A stretch of 64,000 bases of DNA, from positions 64,001 to 128,000 of IMG/VR virus record IMGVR_UViG_3300018080_000110; one strand, given 5' to 3'. How positions within the stretch are numbered: position 1 is the stretch's first letter; every line of letters starts with the position of its first letter. The translations under genes and the position numbers were made by a program. Source of the DNA: a virus. The notes beneath the pieces were generated by a model, which did not search any database, was not told the DNA's origin, and saw only the letters and a program-made list of their open reading frames with translations. Below are positions 19,604 to 29,546 of this stretch, piece after piece.

Positions 19604-19656
19604 CCAGTGCGTACAGTGTACGTACTGGGGCACCTCCCCAAAAATGGGGAGGTGTC
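19604..19656 (+). promoter_or_regulatory. Two back-to-back RNA hairpins upstream of the helicase RBS
   Basis: CCAGTGCGTAC-agt-GTACGTACTGG (19604-19628) and GGCACCTCCCCA-aaaa-TGGGGAGGTGTC (19629-19656). Confidence 0.55.
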
Positions 19657-19667
19657 TTGGAGGGAAC

Positions 19668-21122
19668 ATGGGCAGTTACTGTTTTTTGATCAAAGACCCC
19701 GATAAAGCCTACCTCGGTTCCCAACTCTGGCTCCCCAAAGCTCATGTGAACACAAGATCGATCAAGGCGTCCCTCGAATTTGAAGTGCGCGGAGACGAAG
19801 GACGAGAGTTCCTACAACTTTGGGAAGAGTGTCCTCAACATATTGCTGTCCCGCGAGAGTACGTACTGCGCGATGACTATGAAAAGCTGACATTCCCCAT
19901 AGTGGACATAACGCCATCAGATTTCCCCAAAGCACATTTCAAAAGCAAGTTGATCTTGGACTCCAAGGCGCCCGGAGAAGATACGCAAAAGAAGGCTTTC
20001 TCTTCTTTCTCAGACCAGACCAATGGATTGTTACAGCTCTCGTGTGGAAAAGGAAAATCCTGCCTCGCGCTTCATAAGATAGCCCACGAAGGGAGAAACA
20101 CTCTCATCATTGTCAATCAAAAAACGATCTTGGGCCAATGGGAAGAGGCGATAACTGACTTTTTGGAGTTCGAGGGAGGCGTCGGGAGAATACAAGGTTC
20201 GCCCGACAAATGGGATTGGCGACATCCAATTACGATCGGCATGCTGCACAGCCTGGCCAGACACCCAGACTCAGTGACTCCAGAAATGAGAAGGTGGTTC
20301 GGTGTTGTGATCTGGGACGAGGTCCATCATCTCAGTGCCCCGTACTTTTGCGTCACGGCTACGATGTTTGTCGGTCAGCGCTATGGTCTAACAGCTACGG
20401 CCACGAGGGAAGACGGAACAGAGGTAGTCTACAACTACCACCTGGGGGAAGTCTTCCACAAAGATCTAATGCAGACGGTTAAGCCGACGATCGTATTCCG
20501 GCAAACTCCGTTCTCCATATCCGCCGAAGACTACTTGGAGCGAGTGCTGGACAAACGAGGAAGCCCGAACATGAGTAAGCTCCGCACGTTTGTTGGCACA
20601 GAGATGGAAAACAGAAACAGATACATCGCCAGAGATCTACAAGACGCCATTAACGCGGGGAGGAAGGTTCTCGCACTGAGTCACAGCAAGCAACAACTCA
20701 AGCTGATGCACGAGATGTTCTTAGCGAAGGGCGTAGATTGTGGAATTTGCACGGGAGACCAGAAGGTCCAGCAAAGATGGCAAGCTCTTCGAGATAAGCA
20801 GCTTATCTTCGGCACTCACCAGTTAGTTCTCGAGGCCATTGACGAAGATTCCTTGGACACCCTCTTCTGGATGACCCCTTTTGGGTCTCAGCATCCGGAA
20901 GGAGGAAAGAATGCCCTGCAACAAGGCATGGGACGCATCCAAGGATACCGCTTTCGCGAAGGCATGAAACACCCATTGGTGGTGATCTTTGACGATATCT
21001 ACATCAAGCACTTTCACCGTATGTGCAACAAGCTCCGTCTGCAGATGAGGCGTTGGCCGGAAGACGAAGGCGGACCATACGAGTATAAGGTTCTCAAACC
21101 GTTTGAGGAGGGGAATGACTAA
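19668..21122 (+). CDS. Superfamily 2 DNA helicase (DExH; UvsW/XPB-like)
   Basis: Walker A LSCGKGKS, motif II WDEVHH, motif III GLTATA, motif VI QQGMGRIQ; start at ATG 19668 after GGAGGG. Confidence 0.9.
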   Translation: MGSYCFLIKDPDKAYLGSQLWLPKAHVNTRSIKASLEFEVRGDEGREFLQLWEECPQHIAVPREYVLRDDYEKLTFPIVDITPSDFPKAHFKSKLILDSKAPGEDTQKKAFSSFSDQTNGLLQLSCGKGKSCLALHKIAHEGRNTLIIVNQKTILGQWEEAITDFLEFEGGVGRIQGSPDKWDWRHPITIGMLHSLARHPDSVTPEMRRWFGVVIWDEVHHLSAPYFCVTATMFVGQRYGLTATATREDGTEVVYNYHLGEVFHKDLMQTVKPTIVFRQTPFSISAEDYLERVLDKRGSPNMSKLRTFVGTEMENRNRYIARDLQDAINAGRKVLALSHSKQQLKLMHEMFLAKGVDCGICTGDQKVQQRWQALRDKQLIFGTHQLVLEAIDEDSLDTLFWMTPFGSQHPEGGKNALQQGMGRIQGYRFREGMKHPLVVIFDDIYIKHFHRMCNKLRLQMRRWPEDEGGPYEYKVLKPFEEGND

Positions 21123-21870
21123 GTACTCAGATAAGGAAAATGCAGTCCTCTCCATATTCAGCAAGTGGAAGGGCTGTAAAAAGTGTGATCTGGGTAAATT
21201 GCGTGAAAAGAAGCGAGAGGACACAGGAGGTATCGGAGGAAAGATCGTATTCGGCGATGGAGACGTGAATGCAGATCTAGTGGTCATCGGCATAGGTCCC
21301 GGAGAGACGGAGGACGTGGACGGGATGCCCTTTGTTGGCGAGAGCGGAAAGATCTTGGATGATTATCTAGATCTAGTCTCTCTATCCAGGGAAGAGCTAT
21401 TTGTCATGAACATCGTGGCCTGCAGGCCGTTTAGCAACTCCATCGACTTCCGCACCAAGAAGCCCAGAGAAGAGAATAGGGACCCGACCCCAAAGGAAAG
21501 AGAGACCTGCAGGCCGTTGTGGCAAGAGGTTCTTTACACGATAGACCCATTACTCGTCGTGGCGATGGGTAAACCCGTAGTGTCGGAGGTAGCGGGAAAA
21601 GGAACCGCCGCCATGCGTGAAGTGCAGGGAAGCGTGATGACCTGCACGATACCAGGCAAGGCGGTTCCTGTGACCTATCCCGTGATCCCCATGTACCACC
21701 CAGCTTTTCTTTCGCGAAGTGGAGACCACTACGATGGAGGACCTTGGCATCAGGCAAAAGTTGGTTGGAGGAGAGCGGTGTACTTCCTAGATCAACTTCG
21801 AAACATCTATCACGGGACCCCCATGCCAGATAGGGGGTTCAAAGAGAAAGATCTATTCCTTGGAGGATAA
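21115..21870 (+). CDS. udg: Uracil-DNA glycosylase, family 4/5-like with Fe-S cysteines
   Basis: CKKCDL, VFGDG..ADLVVIGIGPG.TED..GMPFVG.SG.ILD, NIVACRP, NRDPT..E..TC, MYHPAFL. Confidence 0.9.
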   Translation: MTKYSDKENAVLSIFSKWKGCKKCDLGKLREKKREDTGGIGGKIVFGDGDVNADLVVIGIGPGETEDVDGMPFVGESGKILDDYLDLVSLSREELFVMNIVACRPFSNSIDFRTKKPREENRDPTPKERETCRPLWQEVLYTIDPLLVVAMGKPVVSEVAGKGTAAMREVQGSVMTCTIPGKAVPVTYPVIPMYHPAFLSRSGDHYDGGPWHQAKVGWRRAVYFLDQLRNIYHGTPMPDRGFKEKDLFLGG

Positions 21871-21872
21871 CA

Positions 21873-22328
21873 GTGAGGAAAAAACGGAGAGCAAGAACAG
21901 CTGAGGCGGCAGTAGAGAGGTTTGAGGAAGCGAGCAGTGAACTAAGAGCCTTCGCAGAAGACAACTTCGAGTTCATGGACGAGCTACGTAGGTTGATCGA
22001 AGACTACAACGCGTCACTCAAAGAGGCTACGGCGGCTCTGAAGAATCAGTTGAAGAACTCTGACAGAGACCGCTTGGTCATCGGGAGGTTTGGAGCGATC
22101 AAGAAGCGGAAGGAGTTCTGGGACGGGATGGAACTAGCCGGGCTAATCCCCGCGAGGATAAGCGAACACTTCTTGAAAGAGAGAGTTTCGTACGAAGTGG
22201 ACGTCAACAAGTTAGAGCAAATGATCAGGCAGGGGGAAGTAGATCGAGACGAGGCGTTTAAGGCTTTCCACCGCCAAGACCCAACCTTGTCTTTGATGCC
22301 CGGCGCACCGAAGGAGCTAAAGCTATGA
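21873..22328 (+). CDS. Hypothetical coiled-coil protein
   Basis: GGAGG RBS, GTG start, coupled to neighbours. Confidence 0.75.
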   Translation: MRKKRRARTAEAAVERFEEASSELRAFAEDNFEFMDELRRLIEDYNASLKEATAALKNQLKNSDRDRLVIGRFGAIKKRKEFWDGMELAGLIPARISEHFLKERVSYEVDVNKLEQMIRQGEVDRDEAFKAFHRQDPTLSLMPGAPKELKL

Positions 22329-22705
22329 CAAGGAAGCCGCCGACCAGAAAAAAGCGTAAGGCTCCGTCCAAAGGAAAGGCTCAAGTCAAGCAGTCCACCA
22401 CAGTCAGGAGGGGGTCTTCCAAAGGACCTGTTGTCCACCACGAGGACAAGATCGAAGCGGTAGATGTCCCCGTTGAGCCTGGACCAGAGTCTGTGAGCGT
22501 CGGGTACGACATCAAGTACTGGGCCTCAGATGTCAACCACGGCATGACCATGGGAACTTCCGCCTACGTCAGGTTGAGCTGTGGAGAAACACTGAAAGAC
22601 CTAGATCGCGCCAACGAGATAGCGGCGGACTTGGCCTACAGCTACATGGAGAAGAACGCGCGAGCTGTCCAACGAGACTTGGACAAGTTCTTTGACGGAG
22701 ACTGA
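22325..22705 (+). CDS. Hypothetical protein with basic N-terminal tail
   Basis: ATGA overlap with the upstream gene; AAGGAG RBS. Confidence 0.75.
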   Translation: MTRKPPTRKKRKAPSKGKAQVKQSTTVRRGSSKGPVVHHEDKIEAVDVPVEPGPESVSVGYDIKYWASDVNHGMTMGTSAYVRLSCGETLKDLDRANEIAADLAYSYMEKNARAVQRDLDKFFDGD

Positions 22706-22706
22706 C

Positions 22707-23039
22707 ATGGCGAAAAAGATTTCCGGTAGTCCCACATTCGACACACTACAGCTCATGAAGTTGTTGGTGACGCGTGGACCTAGGTCGGATGAAGTAGAAG
22801 CTACCATTGCGTACGTCAGCTCACAGACTCATGAGATGTTTGGGTCTGTACAGCTGGCGCTAGGAAACCTCAGCAAGCAGAGCAAAGAATTGCTCTCGAA
22901 CTTGTACTCGTCGATAGAGGAAGACGCCGCCGTCGCCATCTTCGGCGAGAGCAAGGAAGAAAAAGAGAAGGAGGGTATTCACAATGTCAAGGAGCCCGAG
23001 GGGATTGTTGCAGCAGCAGAGGAAGCTGATCAAATTTGA
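22707..23039 (+). CDS. Hypothetical protein
   Basis: ATG right after the upstream stop, GGAG RBS. Confidence 0.7.
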   Translation: MAKKISGSPTFDTLQLMKLLVTRGPRSDEVEATIAYVSSQTHEMFGSVQLALGNLSKQSKELLSNLYSSIEEDAAVAIFGESKEEKEKEGIHNVKEPEGIVAAAEEADQI

Positions 23040-24120
23040 TGACCTAGTAGATCGCATCCACCGTCTCCACGATCAAAACTTCGAGGACAAGGTCGTGGAC
23101 TTAGAGAACATCAACGTTGTCTCGGACGGCAATAAGAGCAGACCGGGCGTTTTCTTGGACGTCCCAGAGATCGGAAAGTTGTCTTTGACCGATTGGTCCA
23201 AAAAGCAACTTGGCTCTACTCTCGGCATCAAGTTCGACAAATGGTTCGACCCAGCTGTCATCAGCGCGGAAGAGATTCAGCAAGAGATCCAGCGGAGGTT
23301 CTCCAGGACGCATGAGGCAAGGAAGGTCAGAGCCCGGAGATTCGAGAAAGACGCGCCCGGGACAAAGCACGCTGACGGATACATCCGCGCGTTTCTTTCG
23401 CCCACATACGCTCCTATCGACGACGTTAGGATCTTCGACCGCATGAACAAGAGGTTCCGCGGCCACATGAGCGACGTCAATTTCATGCAGAACCATCTCG
23501 GTTCGGATTTCTTCAGCGACCGTTCCAGCCATTACACGATGGTTGGCGAGCCCGTTAACATGGGAGCTATCGATCGCAAGCACTCCGACCCAAAGGTACG
23601 ACATATCTACGACATCGCTGAGATGGGAGGGGCATTGCCTGATAGCGACTGGGTCTACCAGGGATTCCATTTCCGCAACAGCGAAGTCGGGTACACTGCT
23701 GTCACTATCGACGCCTCCACGTTTCGTCTTGTGTGTCTGAACGGGATGATCGTAAAGGTCAACGACGGTCGCTTGCTGTATCGTGTCCACCGCTCTATCG
23801 ACGACGACTCTATCGATTCTCTTCTGGATGGGGCTTTTCGGAAGATGCCAGCGGCATGGGAGAGAACCAGGAAACAGATGCAAGCCCTGAGAGGTCATGT
23901 CCTGGATGACCCGCAGGCAGAGATCACGAAGTACCTGCACAACCAGAAAGCCACGAAAACTTTTCAAGAGGCGGTACTGGAAGCGTTCGCCGAGGAGCCT
24001 TTGCCGAATCGATACGGGATCATGCAAGCTCTGTCCCGAGCCTCCCATCGGGAGACCGACATGGACAAGCGTGCCGAGATCGAAGAGATGGCGGGCAACT
24101 ACATGGCGCGATACGCCTAA
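22984..24120 (+). CDS. DUF932-family protein
   Basis: RAFLSPTYAPIDD and GFHFRNSEVG...FRLVCLNGMI, typical of DUF932 phage/plasmid proteins. Confidence 0.75.
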   Translation: MSRSPRGLLQQQRKLIKFDDLVDRIHRLHDQNFEDKVVDLENINVVSDGNKSRPGVFLDVPEIGKLSLTDWSKKQLGSTLGIKFDKWFDPAVISAEEIQQEIQRRFSRTHEARKVRARRFEKDAPGTKHADGYIRAFLSPTYAPIDDVRIFDRMNKRFRGHMSDVNFMQNHLGSDFFSDRSSHYTMVGEPVNMGAIDRKHSDPKVRHIYDIAEMGGALPDSDWVYQGFHFRNSEVGYTAVTIDASTFRLVCLNGMIVKVNDGRLLYRVHRSIDDDSIDSLLDGAFRKMPAAWERTRKQMQALRGHVLDDPQAEITKYLHNQKATKTFQEAVLEAFAEEPLPNRYGIMQALSRASHRETDMDKRAEIEEMAGNYMARYA

Positions 24121-24145
24121 CCCGCAGAGAGGTCAGGAGGTAAAC

Positions 24146-24454
24146 GTGGTGAACCCCAATCGGAGACCCAAGCAACTGAGCTTGGGTCAAGTAGCGAGCG
24201 ACCTGAAGGCGCTAAGAGAAGGACACGACAGACTCAAAGCGACAGTCGGGAAGTTGAAGGACATTCTCCAGACGCAAGACAACTGGCACGCACACGTTAG
24301 CCGCTGGATCGGTAAAGAAGTTTGCGTTTGGAGCGACGAAAAGCTGTATCTCGGTAAGCTAAAGTGGACTGACAGATACAATCTGGGCCTAGAGCTAGAG
24401 GACAATTTGGTCATCTTCAACAAGGGCCACATTTCCAGACTTCACCTTGCTTAG
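24146..24454 (+). CDS. Hfq/Sm-like protein with N-terminal coiled coil
   Basis: AGGAGG RBS then GTG 24146; the C-terminal half GKEVCVW...YLGKLKWTDRYNLGL...VIFNKGHISRL aligns by eye with the Hfq Sm1/Sm2 motifs. Confidence 0.55.
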   Translation: MVNPNRRPKQLSLGQVASDLKALREGHDRLKATVGKLKDILQTQDNWHAHVSRWIGKEVCVWSDEKLYLGKLKWTDRYNLGLELEDNLVIFNKGHISRLHLA

Positions 24455-24462
24455 GGGGGGCT

Positions 24463-25956
24463 TTGATGTCGCTGAACATCGAGTACCAACTCCTATCCAA
24501 GATCATCGAGACTGGGGATCTAAAGACGGCTATCGAGGAAGGTGTCACCGAGGATACTTTCGGGGTCGTCGAGGCCCGGACTGTTTTCTCGTACCTCATA
24601 GATTACTTCCACGCCACCAAAACGCGAGGGGTAGTCCCAGAGATAGAAATCGTCGAAGAGCACTTCCCTACCGTGGATTTCCTCAGCCCTCCTGAGAGGT
24701 CCACGGTCAGGTCTTTGTGCGTGGAGATGAAGAAACAGTGGTTGAGGGGCAAGCTCGAAGAGATTGTGATCCAAGCCGAGACCACCTACGATGACGAACC
24801 CAACAAAACGCTGGCTAGGCTGATACAGGATGCCAAGACGCTGCAGGAGACTTCAGAGGACAGCAGAGACTTAGTCTTATCGGATAGCACCGAATCAATG
24901 AAGAACGAGTACCTGATGATGCAGGAAGCTCAAGGCGTCGTCGGAGTACCGTGGCCAATGGGGTGGGGATACCACGACCAAGAAGGCCGACCTAAGATCT
25001 TGAAGAAGACCGGAAGGCAGCATCATCCTCTTAACGAACAATCGGGTGGTATGCGCAAAGGGGATTTCATTCTGCTTTACGGTCGGCCGAAGTCTATGAA
25101 GACATGGTGCTTGGTAGACATGGTCGTCGAGTGCTACTACCACCTCAACCAACGCGTTCTGGTGTTCAGCAAAGAGATGACACCAGAACAGCTTCGTTGG
25201 CGGATAGTAGGCAGGATGCTCCAGGTAGACTACACCTCGCTGAAGGCTGGGAACCTTCCCGAAGACCAAAGGGAGGAGTTCTTCGATCTGCTGGATAACC
25301 TGAAAGCAGAAGAAGAGCGCCTCATGAAACGTGGCCAGAACAGGTCCATGTTGATCACCACGGGGTGGAAGAGCGGTACGGTGCAAAGTGGGCTCCAGAG
25401 TCTGGAGACCAAGATCCAGGAGTTTGAGCCTGACATCGTCATGGCCGACTCTGTTTACTTGATGAAGGTCTTAAAGAACAAAGAAGGCGCTTTTTGGCAG
25501 GATATGGCAGAGATCGCCTACGGCTTACACGAGATGGCGGTAGAGTACCAGGTACCCATTGTTGCTACGTCCCAGGCCAATCGTTCTGGTGAACAGACCA
25601 AAGGATCTACTCTCGCAGAGATTGCGTACGGAGACACCTTCGGTCAAGCCTGCGACTACGCCATCCGCGTTATCAAGACAGAGGACGATGATGGCTCCGT
25701 CTACCTATCATTGATCTTCGCTGGGGCCAGAGAGATCAAGATCCCCGGATTCAGGCTTTCCGTAGAAGTCGCGCAGAAGTTTCAGCTGGACAAGATGTTC
25801 GAGTCCCAGCGACAAATCATGGCACAGTTCAAAGCAGAGGAGGAAGCGATAGCAGAAGAAGAGGCTCGCGCAGCCAGAGAGAAAAACAGAGAGATGAAAG
25901 AGAAGAAGCGTCGACTGAGAGTTGAGGACAGAGACGAAGAACAGCAGGGAGAGTAA
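24463..25956 (+). CDS. dnaB: Replicative DNA helicase, DnaB/SF4-like
   Basis: GMRKGDFILLYGRPKSMKT (Walker A), FSKEM, ADSVYLM (Walker B), ATSQANR, QACDY. Confidence 0.88.
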   Translation: MMSLNIEYQLLSKIIETGDLKTAIEEGVTEDTFGVVEARTVFSYLIDYFHATKTRGVVPEIEIVEEHFPTVDFLSPPERSTVRSLCVEMKKQWLRGKLEEIVIQAETTYDDEPNKTLARLIQDAKTLQETSEDSRDLVLSDSTESMKNEYLMMQEAQGVVGVPWPMGWGYHDQEGRPKILKKTGRQHHPLNEQSGGMRKGDFILLYGRPKSMKTWCLVDMVVECYYHLNQRVLVFSKEMTPEQLRWRIVGRMLQVDYTSLKAGNLPEDQREEFFDLLDNLKAEEERLMKRGQNRSMLITTGWKSGTVQSGLQSLETKIQEFEPDIVMADSVYLMKVLKNKEGAFWQDMAEIAYGLHEMAVEYQVPIVATSQANRSGEQTKGSTLAEIAYGDTFGQACDYAIRVIKTEDDDGSVYLSLIFAGAREIKIPGFRLSVEVAQKFQLDKMFESQRQIMAQFKAEEEAIAEEEARAAREKNREMKEKKRRLRVEDRDEEQQGE

Positions 25957-25958
25957 CA

Positions 25959-26957
25959 GTGCGTGTCCAGCAAGTAGTGGAGTCGCTAGCAGATCAATAT
26001 CTTAAATGGTGGAGGCCTACCAGCGATGGCAAAAACATCTACGGCGCGTGCCCATTCCATCACGAGTCTACAGAAGGCGCGTTCTACATGTCCACAGAGA
26101 CGGGCATGTTCATCTGTCACGCCTGCCAAGTTAGAGGCAGCCTACCGACCTTCCTTAAAGAGATAGGAGCTCCTAGCCGCACGCGGCAAGTCGTGATGGA
26201 CCAAGTAGGCACGGAGCTGCTGCGCAAAGAGAAACCAAATCTAGCTCGCAAAGACCCATTCAAGAAGCACATGGCACTGGAGGAGAGCCTCCTAGGGATC
26301 TTTGACTTTTGCCCAACCGTCTTATTGAAGGCCGGTTTCTCCAAAGCCGTCCTCAAGAAGCACGAGGTGGGTTTTGATCGAGAGTCCATGAGGATCATAT
26401 TCCCAATCCGTAGCCATCTTGGTGTGCTGATGGGTTTAGCGGGAAGAACAGTGGTAGATGAGCGGCCACGCTACAAGATCTACAAGGAGGGAGATCTAGC
26501 TAGATTCTCTCCCAGGTACCGCGGTTACGACTTCCACAAGAAGAACTTCCTTTGGAACTTCCACAACGTCTACCCGGAAGCTCTACGTGAAGAGCAAACT
26601 CCGATATGCGTTGTAGAAGGGTACAAGGCTGCGCTCTGGTTGATCCAACATGGATTCACTAGCACTGTAGCCATCATGGGCTCGTACTTGTCTGAGATGC
26701 AGCGTGCTTTACTACAGCGACTGTCATCAGACATATTCGTGCTTTTGGACAATACCGACTCAGCTAGAAAAGGAGTGCTGGACGCAGGAAAAAGATTGAG
26801 AAGAGGAAACAGAGTATTGGTTTGTGAGTATCCGAGGTACTGCAGCGGCGGAGAACAGCCCGACGACTTGATGGAAGAAGAGCTGGCCGCTGTGTTTGAA
26901 GAAGCAGTGATCTTTAACAAATGGAGAAGGAAGTATGAGCGTTCACGATCCGTCTAA
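25959..26957 (+). CDS. dnaG: DNA primase (CHC2 Zn finger + TOPRIM)
   Basis: CPFHHE...FICHAC, RIIFPIR...GLAGR, VVEGY, LLDNTD, QPDD. Confidence 0.9.
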   Translation: MRVQQVVESLADQYLKWWRPTSDGKNIYGACPFHHESTEGAFYMSTETGMFICHACQVRGSLPTFLKEIGAPSRTRQVVMDQVGTELLRKEKPNLARKDPFKKHMALEESLLGIFDFCPTVLLKAGFSKAVLKKHEVGFDRESMRIIFPIRSHLGVLMGLAGRTVVDERPRYKIYKEGDLARFSPRYRGYDFHKKNFLWNFHNVYPEALREEQTPICVVEGYKAALWLIQHGFTSTVAIMGSYLSEMQRALLQRLSSDIFVLLDNTDSARKGVLDAGKRLRRGNRVLVCEYPRYCSGGEQPDDLMEEELAAVFEEAVIFNKWRRKYERSRSV

Positions 26958-28071
26958 GCACCATAGGAACTTCGCGAGGGACCTGCGTCGGAAAGCAGTA
27001 GCTCGTAGTAACCGACAAGGTCGAAGCGGTAAGCCTATGACGGTCTTTCGTTGGCTGAATAGGTTCAAACCGCCGGTCAACGACACCACTTGGGTCAGGC
27101 TCATCCCGGGCATCTACAAAGGATTCGACGGAGACGATGTACCCTACTTTGACTACGTCGAGCATTACAACGCCACCGTGAGAAGCGGCACCATCTGCTC
27201 CAGGGTCTGGAGAGAAGGACCCGACGGTAGTATGGAAGGTAGTGGCAAGTGCATCCCCTGCCATGCCATCGAAGAAGAGGGGGCCGATAACATCAGTTGG
27301 AGAAGGCTATCGGCGTTCTTGCTTTTGCATCTCGACTGGTACTACTTGATCCCCGCCACTGACGAAAATGGTAACGTCCTGACTTACCGAAAGGATAGCA
27401 AAAAGCACAAAGCCGGTGACGTGATCTACAACCGTATCCACGAAGCCGAAGCCTTCAAGGAGTACGGTAGAGCTACGATCAGACGTGAGAAGTACGAAAA
27501 GGTCTGGGGGAACTTGATGCATTGGTCCCTCGGAACCAACCACCTTCTGGTTCTCTCTTCCATGATTGACAGTCTTGAAGATGAGTGCCGATGCGGCGGT
27601 GAGATCGAAACCCTTCTGTGGGAGTGCCCCGGATGCGGTAATGAGGTCTTCGACCTCACCAGCGACGATCTCGATTACACTCGTGGCGAGATCAACCAGC
27701 TTGTCTCGAAGAAGTACGAGTGTCCGCATTGCTCCAAACTGGTGTTCCTCGCACCCGTGACAGAATGCAGCAAGTGCAAAAACCCGGACCCGCTACAGAT
27801 CTGGGACGTCGATCTGTGCGTTGGCCGCGAAGGGGAGGGAACTAGCAGCCAACTGATCATCCGCAAGCACAAGCATGTGGAGATCGACAAGCGTTGTAGG
27901 GACTTGATCCCTGACAGGCCTTTGCTTCAGCGTGTCTTTGCCGGTGACTCCTTGGAGTACCAAGCTAAGAGGATGCGCCTCGACAATCCTTGGGCCGAGG
28001 ACGCGGCACGAAGAAATGTAGAGGACTACGACGGTGACGAGGGCGAAGTAGAAGACGATATCCCATTCTAG
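26935..28071 (+). CDS. Putative single-stranded DNA-binding protein (gp32-like) with extra Zn ribbons and a DDIPF tail
   Basis: Lies between primase and polymerase; VRLIPG, TICSR...CIPC, further CxxC pairs, acidic C-terminus EVEDDIPF. Confidence 0.65.
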   Translation: MSVHDPSKHHRNFARDLRRKAVARSNRQGRSGKPMTVFRWLNRFKPPVNDTTWVRLIPGIYKGFDGDDVPYFDYVEHYNATVRSGTICSRVWREGPDGSMEGSGKCIPCHAIEEEGADNISWRRLSAFLLLHLDWYYLIPATDENGNVLTYRKDSKKHKAGDVIYNRIHEAEAFKEYGRATIRREKYEKVWGNLMHWSLGTNHLLVLSSMIDSLEDECRCGGEIETLLWECPGCGNEVFDLTSDDLDYTRGEINQLVSKKYECPHCSKLVFLAPVTECSKCKNPDPLQIWDVDLCVGREGEGTSSQLIIRKHKHVEIDKRCRDLIPDRPLLQRVFAGDSLEYQAKRMRLDNPWAEDAARRNVEDYDGDEGEVEDDIPF

Positions 28072-28127
28072 GGAACAGGGGAGTGGGGGGATCGAAAACG
28101 GTCCTCCACCCCCCACCAGGAGGAAAT

Positions 28128-29546
28128 ATGTGGCACAAACTCCCAGTGCCTGAATGGATCGACGACGAAGAGCGCATGCTGAAGTTGTGCAAAGAGATCA
28201 AGGACATTGGGTTTGCCGGGCTAGATACAGAAACCACAGGCAAAGACGACTGGATGAAGGACTACGTACTGTTCTGGTCTCTGTCCACGGGGTCTAACAA
28301 CAGGTACTGCTTGTCTCGCAGAATGCTAGAGATCTTTGACAAAGAGCTAGCAGGGGATCCATGCATCACCTGGTACATGACCAACGCGAACTTCGATCGT
28401 TGTATGTTGCTGAACAGCGGAGTTCGTCATTTAGCTGGTCCTGTACACTGCACACTTGTCATGGACTGGATGCACGATGAAAATCGAGCTGGTCGGCACG
28501 GCCTGAAAAAGACAGCTTTGGACCATCTTGGTCTCAACATGAACGAGTTCAAGAGCGTCTTCAAGAAGAGGAAGGGTGAGACCTACCAAGACACTCTCTT
28601 ACGCATGATGGCACAAGAGCCAGACAAGGCAATCGACTACGCCAGCATGGACGCATGGGCCTCTCGGGAGTTGCACGGATACCTGAAGAAGAAGCTCGAG
28701 GAAGAGATAGCTTGTACCGGTATCCCTCTATGGGATCTATACGAGCGAATCGAAGTTCCGTACAGCACCACTCTTTTGCACAACATGCGAAACGGTATAT
28801 TGCTAGATCAAGGGTGGTTACATCATATACGCGTACCCATCACGGAAAAGATGGAGGAGTGCCTCTTCAAGTTCAACAAGATGGCCGGGTACGAGGTAAA
28901 CCTTAATTCGCCGAAGCAACTGGTGGAGCTTTTTGTCGACAAACTCGGAAAGAAGCCCCTGAAGTGGACAAGTGGCGGGAAGAGCGGCAACAAGCAGCCC
29001 TCCGTGGACGTCAATGTCTTGCAGACTTGGGCAGACGAAGGAGATCCCTACGCGAAGTTGCTGATGGAGTTCCGCAAGCTTGAGAAGGTTAGAGGGACTT
29101 ACGTAGACGGAATGCTAGCCCGAGTGGGATCTGATCTCCGTATCCACCCAATCATCAACCAACACATCGCTGTCACCGGACGACTGACTAGCTCGAACCC
29201 AAACCTTCAAAACATCCCAAGACCAGATGAGGACATCTGGGGCTTGCGTGGTGCTTTCATGCCCGGCACTGGCTACACGCTAGTCGCCATCGATTATCGT
29301 CAATTGGAAATGCGACTTCTGGCTCACATGTCCGGCGACAAGAACATGCGAGAGGTGATCAGGAAAGGATGGGACATCCACGCAGGAACCGCAGCATTGA
29401 TGTACGAAGTACCTTACGAAGAGATCCAAGAAGCTAAGTTCCTCAAGGGGTGGCTCAGCGAAGAAAAAGTAGACAGTAGCAGGTGGCCAGATTGGATCTC
29501 TGAGTTCATTGGATACCGACAAGACGCCAAGGCCATTGGATTCGGT
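28128..29546 (+). CDS. polA: DNA polymerase family A, exon 1 (3'-5' exonuclease, motif A, start of motif B)
   Basis: AGGAGG RBS then ATG 28128; GLDTETTG, NLNSPKQL, TGRLTSSNPNLQNIP, AIDYRQLEMRLLAH, DIH, RQDAKAIGFG. Confidence 0.93.

Noticed and set aside
23101-24048. 315-aa minus-strand ORF, and similar long shadow ORFs at 40194, 42036, 56596 and 31041
   Set aside because: They overlap well-supported genes on the opposite strand or in another frame, as expected from codon bias.
23897-24145. N-terminal 83 codons of the 185-aa ORF
   Set aside because: Overlaps the DUF932 gene; a strong AGGAGG points to GTG 24146 as the real start.
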